DNA of 64,000 nucleotides, taken from NCBI GenBank assembly GCA_963714225.1, contig CAVQNY010000010.1, positions 59,002 to 123,001 of the forward strand, given 5' to 3'. Shown here piece by piece: positions 40,466 to 48,460 of the stretch (positions within the stretch are counted from its first letter, which is position 1; every line of letters starts with the position of its first letter). The position numbers and the translations under genes were made by a program. The notes below the pieces were generated by a model. It saw nothing but the letters and a program-made list of their open reading frames with translations, did no database searches and was not told where the DNA came from. The DNA is from an uncultured Acidobacteriaceae bacterium (GTDB lineage: Bacteria > Acidobacteriota > Terriglobia > Terriglobales > Acidobacteriaceae).

Positions 40466-41016
40466 TCGTGGTCTTGATGGGCGTGAGCGGCGCCGGCAAA
40501 ACGACCGTCGGCTTGTTGCTGGCCGCTCGCATCGGATGGACGTTCGAAGACGCCGACGATTATCACTCGACGGAAAGCCGACAGAAAATGGCCGCTGGAA
40601 TACCGCTCACCGACGCCGACCGATGGCCCTGGCTCAAGGTTCTGCATGAGCGCATGCTCGAGCACCGACAGAAGGGCGAGAACGCCATTTTGGCCTGCTC
40701 GGCGCTGACCGAGCAGTATCGAGAGGTGCTTGCCGGCGGCTTGGCGGAGAACGAAATGCGCTTTGTCTACCTGCATGCGCCGAGCGCTCTGATCAAAGAG
40801 CGAATGAAGGCGCGACATCATCCCTACATGAACCCCGACCTGCTCGATAGCCAACTGGCGACCCTGGAAGTACCCTCAGATGCATGGTCCATCGCTGTAG
40901 CCGGAAGTCCGGAGGAAGCCGTGGAACAGATCCTGGCTCGACTGCGCGGAGCAGGGCTGCTCCCCCCAGGAGCGGAGAAACGGAGAAACCATGACTGCCA
41001 ATATCCTCAGCCTTGA
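40462..41016 (+). CDS. gntK: Gluconokinase
   Basis: MIVVLMGVSGAGKTTVG...EDADDYHS...KMAAGIPLTDADRWPWL matches the GntK/IdnK family. Confidence 0.88.
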   Translation: MIVVLMGVSGAGKTTVGLLLAARIGWTFEDADDYHSTESRQKMAAGIPLTDADRWPWLKVLHERMLEHRQKGENAILACSALTEQYREVLAGGLAENEMRFVYLHAPSALIKERMKARHHPYMNPDLLDSQLATLEVPSDAWSIAVAGSPEEAVEQILARLRGAGLLPPGAEKRRNHDCQYPQP

Positions 41017-41767
41017 AGGCAAAACCGCGGTTGTGATCGGAGGTAGCTCCGGGATCGGACGTACTCTAAGCCTCGGCCTCGCGGATGCTGGAGCTGATGT
41101 CATTGCCTCCGCACGCCGCCAGGAACAGGTTGACGAAACCGCGGCCGGGATCGAGAAGCGCGGACGCCAGACCCTGCGCCTGTGCTCGGATGTGTGCCAG
41201 CGCGCTTCGCTCGAACAACTACTGGCAGCTTCAGTTCAGCGCTTCGGCAAAATCGACATCCTAATCAACTGCGCCGGAATCACTAAGCGGACGCCCACGC
41301 TGACCATGCCGGAAGAGGAATGGGCCCGTGTCGTGGACACGAACCTTACTGGAACCCTCCGCTCTTGCCAGGTCTTCGGCAAACACATGCTGGAGCGTGG
41401 CTACGGCCGCATGGTCAACATCGCCTCTCTCAGCAGTTTCGTTGCGCTCCACGAGGTTGCCGCCTATGCGGCCAGCAAGGCGGGGGTTGTTTCGCTCACG
41501 CGCTCGCTGGCCGTGGAGTGGTCAAAGCAGGGGATTACGGTAAACGCCATCGCGCCCGGCGTCTTCCGCACCGCCCTGAATGCAGACCTACTCGACCACA
41601 CGCCGCGCGGCGAAGAGCTGCTCATGCGGACGCCGATGGGCCGCTTCGGCAGGACCGAAGAACTGGTCGGAGCGGTCGTGTACCTCTGCTCCGATGCCGC
41701 GTCCTTCGTTACCGGGCAGACTTTGGTCGTCGACGGAGGATTTCTGGCCAGCGGCGTCAACCAATAG
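40991..41767 (+). CDS. SDR family oxidoreductase (possible fructuronate or ketogluconate reductase)
   Basis: Rossmann motif GGSSGIG, NAG motif, catalytic YAASKAG. Overlaps the gntK end. Confidence 0.86.
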   Translation: MTANILSLEGKTAVVIGGSSGIGRTLSLGLADAGADVIASARRQEQVDETAAGIEKRGRQTLRLCSDVCQRASLEQLLAASVQRFGKIDILINCAGITKRTPTLTMPEEEWARVVDTNLTGTLRSCQVFGKHMLERGYGRMVNIASLSSFVALHEVAAYAASKAGVVSLTRSLAVEWSKQGITVNAIAPGVFRTALNADLLDHTPRGEELLMRTPMGRFGRTEELVGAVVYLCSDAASFVTGQTLVVDGGFLASGVNQ

Positions 41768-41846
41768 CCGATGGGAGAAATTGAGGCTTACCTTAAGATG
41801 ATGGAACATCGCGGTAGAGAATCTTCTGGATAGCAGGAGGGATGGC

Positions 41847-42854
41847 ATGGGGTACACACGACGCACGGTTCTCGCGGGCTTAGGACTGGCAGGACTCCAG
41901 GCAGCGATATCGCCTCTGGTCAACCAAGCCGCAGCATCTTCGCTCCTGGAACGGTCAGCGGCTGAACCGGACGCGGGCATTTGCCCGTTCAAGCTGGCGG
42001 TGATCAATGACGAGATCACGCAGGACTTCGAGAAGGCATGTCAGATTGTGTCCGGCGATTTCGGCCTGCATTGGATTGAGCTGCGCTCGATGTGGAACAA
42101 GAATGTGACCGAACTCGACGCGAAACAAGTTGAGGATGCGAACAAGATCCTCCAGGAACACACATTGCGAGTCACGGATATTGCCAGCCCGCTGTTCAAG
42201 ACCGACTGGCCTGGGGCTCCGCGGTCATCGCAGAGTGAAAGCCGCGACCAGTTCCATGCGGACTTCGATGCCAGCGCGCAGGATAAGCTGCTGGAGCGGT
42301 GTATTTCGCTTGCCAAATCTTTCAAGACGGACAGGATTCGCTGTTTCGACTACTGGCGGCTGGATGATCAGAAGCCATACCGCGCGGCAATCAATGCCAA
42401 ACTGCAGCAGGCCGCGGAACGCTGCGCTCAGGATAACCTCGTCCTCCTGCTCGAAAATGAAATGTCCTGCAACACAGCAACCGGCGAAGAAGCAGCTGCC
42501 GTGCTGAAGGCGATTCCAAACAAGAACTTCATGCTGAACTGGGATCCCGGCAATGCCGCAGCCATAGGAAGCACGCCCTATCCAACCGGCTATGAATTGT
42601 TGCCCAAACAGCGCGTCGGGCACTGTCACTGCAAGGACGTAGTGAGCAAGCCGGACCACAAATACGATTGGGCTCCGGTAGGCGGCGGTGTCGTGGATTG
42701 GGTTGGGCAACTTCAGGCTTTCGAGCGCGATGGCTTTCGCTGCGGGCTGAGTCTCGAGACTCACTGGCGCGGCGCAGGCACGCCCGAAGCCTCCACACGC
42801 ATCAGCATGGACGGACTCAAGAAAACTCTGACCAGGGCTGGCATTTCCTGTTGA
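41847..42854 (+). CDS. Sugar phosphate isomerase/epimerase (xylose isomerase-like TIM barrel) with a Tat-type signal
   Basis: RRTVLAGLGLAGLQAA twin-arginine signal, followed by an AP-endonuclease-2 / xylose-isomerase-like barrel (LLLENE..., HCHCKD). Confidence 0.83.
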   Translation: MGYTRRTVLAGLGLAGLQAAISPLVNQAAASSLLERSAAEPDAGICPFKLAVINDEITQDFEKACQIVSGDFGLHWIELRSMWNKNVTELDAKQVEDANKILQEHTLRVTDIASPLFKTDWPGAPRSSQSESRDQFHADFDASAQDKLLERCISLAKSFKTDRIRCFDYWRLDDQKPYRAAINAKLQQAAERCAQDNLVLLLENEMSCNTATGEEAAAVLKAIPNKNFMLNWDPGNAAAIGSTPYPTGYELLPKQRVGHCHCKDVVSKPDHKYDWAPVGGGVVDWVGQLQAFERDGFRCGLSLETHWRGAGTPEASTRISMDGLKKTLTRAGISC

Positions 42855-42925
42855 TCAGATTTCTTGTCGGCCCGACAGCTCAAGAATGCCGGACTGCGAC
42901 AGAAGACCCGCTACAAGGAGAACCG

Positions 42926-44246
42926 ATGGTTACAAGACGTGAATTTCTCGATGCGCTTGCTACAGGCGCGGCGGGGCTGGCCGTAGGGAGCACGGCAAAC
43001 AGCTATAGCCAGATCCTCGGTTCGAATGACCGTCTCAACTTTGCCGTGATTGGTCTCAATGGCCGCGCCTACGCTCATCTCTCGGCGCTCAAGGCGAACC
43101 GGAGCGCTGCCCGCATCTCGCATGTCTGCGATGTGGACAGCAATATTCTCAAGAAGTTCGCCGACACTGTGCAGCAGGAAATGGGCGAGGCCCCGGTCGC
43201 GGAGAAAGACTTTCGTCGGATTCTCGAGCAGAAAGATGTGGACGCCATCACGATTGCCACCCCCGAACACTGGCATGCACCGATGGCCATCGCCGGATTG
43301 CAGGCGGGCAAGCACGTCTATGTGGAGAAGCCCTGCAGCCACAATCCTGCTGAGGGCGAGATGCTGGTCGAGGCGCAGCAGAAGTACCGCAAGCTGGTGC
43401 AGATGGGCACACAGCAGCGTTCCTCACCTCACACCATCGAGATCGTCGATAAGATTCACGAAGGCATGATCGGCAGGCCTTACTTCGCGAAAGCTTGGTA
43501 CGTCAATACGCAGGAAGTCGATTGGCGTCGGCAAAGAGGTACCTGTGCCGCCGCAGCTTGATTGGGACCTGTGGCAGGGCCCGGCGCCGCGTCGTCCGTA
43601 TCAGGACAATGTGCATCCTTATAACTGGCACTGGTTCAAGATTTATGGCACCGGTGAAACGCTCAACAATGGCACGCACGAGGTCGATGTCTGCCGCTGG
43701 GCGCTGGGCGTGGACTATCCGGAACGAGTTACCTCGTCCGGCGGCAGATATCATTTCAAAGACGACTGGCAGTTTTATGACACCCTGGTGACCAGCTTCG
43801 AGTACGAAGACAAAATGATTTCGTGGGAGGGCAAGAGCTGCCAGGGAATGAAGTTCTACGGCCGCGATCGTGGTTCGACAATCATGGGAACCACCGGCAC
43901 GGTGCTGGTCGATCGCGGTGGCTATGAGATCTACGACCTCAAGGGCAATAAGACGAGCGAATTCAAGGCCGGCAATGCGACTTCATCCGCGGACCTGATC
44001 GGCCGCGATTCCATGACCGACGCGCACTTCGCGAACTTCATCGCGGGAATCCGTAAAGGCGAGAAACTCAACGCTCCCGTCTCCGTCGGCAATGTCGCGG
44101 TTACGATGCTGCAGCTTTCCAACATCGCGTGGGAAGTCAACCGGGAGCTGCATCTCGACACGAAAGACGGACGGATCCAGGGCGATGCGGAAGCGATGAA
44201 GATGTGGGGACGCGAGTACGAGAAGGGCTGGGCGCCGCATGTCTAG
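42926..44246 (+). pseudogene. Gfo/Idh/MocA family oxidoreductase with a Tat signal, interrupted by a 1-nt frameshift near 43506-43512
   Basis: AAGGAG RBS, Tat signal (TRREFLDALATGAAGLAV) and a Rossmann domain (NFAVIGLNGRAY...TPEHWH). The frame breaks after AKAWYVN. It resumes in the adjacent frame as ...RRKSIGVGKEVPVPPQLDWDLWQGPAPRRPY.... Confidence 0.83.
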
Positions 44247-45120
44247 GAAAAATACTTTCTCCCGTCGCGATTTCGTTCGCTCTGGCGCAATGCTTGCCGC
44301 GGCGTGCGCCGCTCCGAGCGATGTCTTCTCACTGGCTCAGGAAACCGCCATCGACGGACGAAGCATTACCGATTCGTTTGGGTCTGGCCAGCTACACATT
44401 TCGTAACTTCAGCCGCGCGCAGATGATCGGCTTCATGAAGCAGCTCAATGTGTTCGCGTTGAATGCGAAGGACGTCAAAGATCATCTCCCGATGGATGCG
44501 CAGCAAGAGGCGGCTGCGCTTGCGGACTATGCCGCGGCGGGTATCAAGCTGCACGCTGCCGGAGCCATCTATTTCACGAAAGATGAAGATGCGGACATCC
44601 GGACTAAGTTCGAATACTCAAGCGCGCAGGGATTCCGATTATTGTCGCCGGCGACCCCGCACCGCAAACTCTGCCGCGAATGGAGAAGTTCGTGAAGGAG
44701 TACGACATCCGCATCGCGATCCACAATCACGGGCCTGAGGATAAGTTGTGGCCTTCTCCGCTGGATGTATTGAAGGCGGTAAAGAATATGGATCCGCGCA
44801 TCGGCTGCTGCATCGATGTCGGGCATACGGTTCGCGCCGGCACGGATGTGGTTCAGGCGATCCACGAAGCAGGCCCGAGGCTGTTTAACCTACACATGAA
44901 AGACCTCACGAACTTCGAGAGCAAGGAAAGTCAGGTCGCGGTGGGCGACGGCATCATGCCGGTGCGGAAGATGTTTGAAGCCCTCATCGCGACAAAGTAC
45001 CAGGGCTTCGTCGATCTGGAGTATGAGATTCATCCCGACGATCCGATGCCGGGCGTTATCAGCAGTTTTGCTTATATGCGAGGCGTCCTGGCAGGCATGG
45101 GGAATGCGATCCAGGGCTGA
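44237..45120 (+). pseudogene. Sugar phosphate isomerase/epimerase TIM barrel with a Tat signal, carrying two frameshifts (about 44330-44370 and about 44618-44622)
   Basis: Frame a holds the Tat signal (MSRKNTFSRRDFVRSGAMLAAACAAP). Frame b holds ...ALPIRLGLASYTFRNFS...IRTKFEY. Frame c holds LKRAGIPIIVAGDPAPQTLPRMEKFVKEYDIRIAIHNHGPED...VDLEYE.... Confidence 0.72.
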
Positions 45121-45469
45121 GGCGCTGGGGTGGTCTTGGCGGAAACCTTTGCCCCTACAACCGAGTGTGACCTTCCGATGTCCCTCACGGCTTGGCCAGC
45201 GGTGACCGAAGGAACCCCATTTCGCCAATTGACCAATCAAAAGTGGGCCGATCCAGTCAATAACGAGTGAAATGTCGCCCATTTCTTCGATTTCGTCGGG
45301 CCGCAGCTAGTCTCCGTCCCAAATTCCCAACTCGGGCCCCGCGCTGCATCGGTCCTACTCTTCCGCCCCGCCCACTGGCTCCAGCACCCCCTGGTGGCAC
45401 GCTCGGGCCACTTTGCTCCCGGATCGTGCCATTGCGATCCCGCGCTCAGGGGGCGAGACTACTCGTGCC

Positions 45470-45497
45470 TGGTAATAGCACTCTGGTAATAGCACTC
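45470..45497. repeat. Perfect tandem duplication of a 14-bp unit (TGGTAATAGCACTC x2)
   Basis: Read directly from the sequence. It ends 33 nt upstream of the TonB-like gene start at 45531. Confidence 0.9.
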
Positions 45498-45530
45498 CGG
45501 GCAACCGAGCGGCGAATCGAAAGACACGAA

Positions 45531-46325
45531 ATGTTGGAACTGAATCCAAGAACGGAGATGGCCAGACCTCAGGCGGGTTTCGCGACCACGCAGCCTCGCC
45601 GGCTGCAGATGGCACTCGTTCTCCTGATCGTTGCCCTCGCTATTGTCCTCGTGAAGGATCGCGAATTCTGGTTTGGCTCGGACGAGGCGTCCGACACCGC
45701 GGGCTCGGAAAACATCTCCAAACCGGACTCGGCGGCTGCGCCTGTTAAGACCGGCCAAGCCCCCGTGGCACCGGCTGCGACCGAAAAAAAGCATCTTGCT
45801 CAAAAGACTTCCCACGCGCCGGTCGTTACTGCCCCCGCTCAACAAGAAGCGGCCAACCCAAACACCCCAGCAGTCGCGACCAAGCGGACCGTTCTTCCTC
45901 CGTTGGACATTGAAGTGATAGCAGGCGACACGCACCGCACCGTTCGTGCCGGAAGCAACGAGGCGAAAGTCGACATCTCCGCCAATGCAAACCACATCTC
46001 TACGAATGCAGCCGAGATCCAGCGTCTTTCTTCCGAGGGCACTCCAGAACTGCGGCAAACCATCGATTCGACCCTCCCTTGGCTGGGACAGCATATGAGC
46101 GTACAGGGTTCGGTGGTATTGCAAGCGATCATTGGGGTCGACGGCAACATCGAGAACTTGCGCGTGCTTAGCGGCCCTGCCGTCCTGACATCGGCGGCGG
46201 AGCAAGCGGTGCGCCAGTGGCACTTCAAGCCCTATCTCCAGAATGGGCAGCCCGTCGAGACCAAAAGCACAATCACCGTCAACTTCTCGATTCGGGTCTC
46301 CAACAACCCCGCAAAGACGAGCTAG
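45531..46325 (+). CDS. Energy transducer TonB-family protein
   Basis: N-terminal anchor (LQMALVLLIVALAIVLV), Pro/Ala-rich linker and TonB C-terminal domain (VQGSVVLQAIIGVDGNIENLRVLSGPAVLTSAAEQAVRQWHFKPYLQNGQPV). Confidence 0.8.
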   Translation: MLELNPRTEMARPQAGFATTQPRRLQMALVLLIVALAIVLVKDREFWFGSDEASDTAGSENISKPDSAAAPVKTGQAPVAPAATEKKHLAQKTSHAPVVTAPAQQEAANPNTPAVATKRTVLPPLDIEVIAGDTHRTVRAGSNEAKVDISANANHISTNAAEIQRLSSEGTPELRQTIDSTLPWLGQHMSVQGSVVLQAIIGVDGNIENLRVLSGPAVLTSAAEQAVRQWHFKPYLQNGQPVETKSTITVNFSIRVSNNPAKTS

Positions 46326-46421
46326 GTTACCCTAGTCGAAGGTCGCCCAAAATCCCCCTGTCCAAATCGCGGGCCTGGGTTCGAAAAGCGACATCGCCGG
46401 AAATCATGAGGGAAGCGTCTG

Positions 46422-47375
46422 ATGCGATTCATCGACCGTGAAGAGGTTGCCCGCCGGCTCACTTATGAGATGTGCATTCCAATCGTGCGCGATGCGATGA
46501 TTGCATTTTCGAAGGGCGAAACCAAGCAACTTCTGCGGTCGATCCTGCCGCTCTCCGAGGGCCGGTTCTTCGGCGTTATGCCCGGTGCGATGGGCGCGCA
46601 TGCCCCATTCGGCGCGAAGTTGATCAGCGTCTTCTACGAGAACTTCGCTCGTGGAATACAGTCGCACCAGGGCCTCGTCATCCTATTCGATCCCGAAACC
46701 GGCGCCCCCGTCTGCGTCGTCCACGCGGGCGAGATTACCGCCATTCGAACGGCAGCGGCCAGTGCGGTCGCCACCGACGCGTTGGCGCGCGAAGACGCGT
46801 GCCGCCTGGCGATTCTGGGCTATGGCGAACAGGCCGCGACCCATGCGCGGGCGATCGGCAAGGTGCGCGGCCTTGAATCCATCTCGATATGGGGACGCTC
46901 GCCCGAACGCGCCCGGGCCTTCGCTGAGCGGATGCAAGCGGAACTTGCCGTGCCGGTCGCCGACGCAGGCGCCGTGGAAGAGGCAGTCGCCGACGCCGAC
47001 ATTATTTGTACCGTCACTTCGGCGGCCGATCCAATCTTGAAGGGTGCGTGGGTGCGGCCGGGAACGCACTTGAATCTGGTGGGCTCAAGCCATGCGGGGC
47101 CAGCGGAAGTGGACAATGACTTGGTCGTCCGCTCGCGCTTCATTGCCGACAGTCGCGAGGGCGTTATAAACCAAGGCGCCGAGTTTCTCCGAGCCAAGGC
47201 CGCGGGTTTAGTCGGTGACGACCACATCGTCGCTGAAATTGGCCAGGTGTTGGCGGGCGAAATCGAAGGCCGACGCTCCCCGGAGGAGATCACCGCCTAC
47301 AAGTCCCTTGGCCATGTCGTTCAAGACCTGGCGAGCGCGTGGGCGCTCTATTCACAGGCCGAGAACCCGTCCTGA
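46422..47375 (+). CDS. Ornithine cyclodeaminase / mu-crystallin family protein
   Basis: 317 aa. Family-typical layout with the Rossmann motif LAILGYGEQA and GTHLNLVGS. Confidence 0.88.
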   Translation: MRFIDREEVARRLTYEMCIPIVRDAMIAFSKGETKQLLRSILPLSEGRFFGVMPGAMGAHAPFGAKLISVFYENFARGIQSHQGLVILFDPETGAPVCVVHAGEITAIRTAAASAVATDALAREDACRLAILGYGEQAATHARAIGKVRGLESISIWGRSPERARAFAERMQAELAVPVADAGAVEEAVADADIICTVTSAADPILKGAWVRPGTHLNLVGSSHAGPAEVDNDLVVRSRFIADSREGVINQGAEFLRAKAAGLVGDDHIVAEIGQVLAGEIEGRRSPEEITAYKSLGHVVQDLASAWALYSQAENPS

Positions 47376-47521
47376 AGCAGCATCCTGGAACAGGGCAAAG
47401 CGCAGATGATTTTGAACCCGCCATTGCCCCATCTTCGGTTGGTAGTAAAATAACTCCCCACTCGCGCTATGCGGTAGGTTGTCCTGGTCCATAGACGCAT
47501 TCTCGAAACCTGGAGGCAGAA

Positions 47522-48415
47522 GTGGCACTGACGATCACGGGTCTTTCCAAGACTTACCCGAATGGTGTAAAGGCGCTCAAGAACCTGACTCTCTCCATCG
47601 GAAACAGCATGTTCGGCCTTGTGGGCCCAAACGGCGCCGGCAAAAGCTCTCTCATGCGCACCGTCGCCACCTTGCAGGATCCCGACTCCGGGTCCATCAC
47701 GCTCGACGGCATCGACGTCCTGCGTCAGAAAGACCAGGTCCGCCGCATCCTCGGTTACTTGCCGCAGGAGTTCGGTGTTTACCCGAAGATATCCGCGCTG
47801 GACATGCTTCACCACCTCGCCGTCATGAAGGGCATGACCTCCTCGGGCGAGCGCAAGGAGACCGTCGACGCGCTACTGCAGCAGACCAACCTCTGGGACG
47901 TGCGCAAGAAAGCGCTCTCCACTTTTTCCGGGGGCATGAAGCAACGCTTCGGAATTGCGCAGGCGTTGCTCGGCAATCCCCGCCTCATTATTGTCGATGA
48001 ACCCACGGCCGGCCTGGATCCTACGGAGCGCAATCGCTTCCTGAACCTTTTGTCTTCGCTGGGCAGCGACCGCACCGTCATCCTCTCTACTCACATCGTC
48101 GATGACGTGCGCCAGCTTTGCCCCCGCATGGCAATCATTGCCCAGGGCGAACTGCTCTTGGAGGGCGCTCCAGGCGATACCCTTGCGGCACTCAAGGGCA
48201 AGATCTGGTCGAAGCTGGTCACCACCGACGATGAGTTGCGCGCTTTGGAAACTCAGCTTCACGTCATCTCCACTCACCTCGTCGGTGGACAACACGAGAT
48301 TCGCGTGTACGCGGACTCCTCTCCGGGCAATGGGTTCAACCCGGTCGATTCCGATCTTGAGGATGTCTATTTTCTCAACCTCTCGCAGCAGGCCAAGGGA
48401 CAACGTCCGAACTAA
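47522..48415 (+). CDS. ABC transporter ATP-binding protein (ABC-2 subfamily type)
   Basis: GTG start. Walker A GPNGAGKSS, signature FSGGMKQR, Walker B LIIVDEPTAGLD. Confidence 0.9.
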   Translation: MALTITGLSKTYPNGVKALKNLTLSIGNSMFGLVGPNGAGKSSLMRTVATLQDPDSGSITLDGIDVLRQKDQVRRILGYLPQEFGVYPKISALDMLHHLAVMKGMTSSGERKETVDALLQQTNLWDVRKKALSTFSGGMKQRFGIAQALLGNPRLIIVDEPTAGLDPTERNRFLNLLSSLGSDRTVILSTHIVDDVRQLCPRMAIIAQGELLLEGAPGDTLAALKGKIWSKLVTTDDELRALETQLHVISTHLVGGQHEIRVYADSSPGNGFNPVDSDLEDVYFLNLSQQAKGQRPN

Positions 48416-48460
48416 CGCCTCGTAACTATTTTGTTCAGCACCTTGGGAGGAGGAACTGAC

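Noticed and set aside
45375-45410. TGGCACG...TTTGCT resembling a sigma-54 -24/-12 promoter upstream of the TonB-like gene.
   Set aside because: The two elements are about 7 nt too far apart for a functional sigma-54 promoter.
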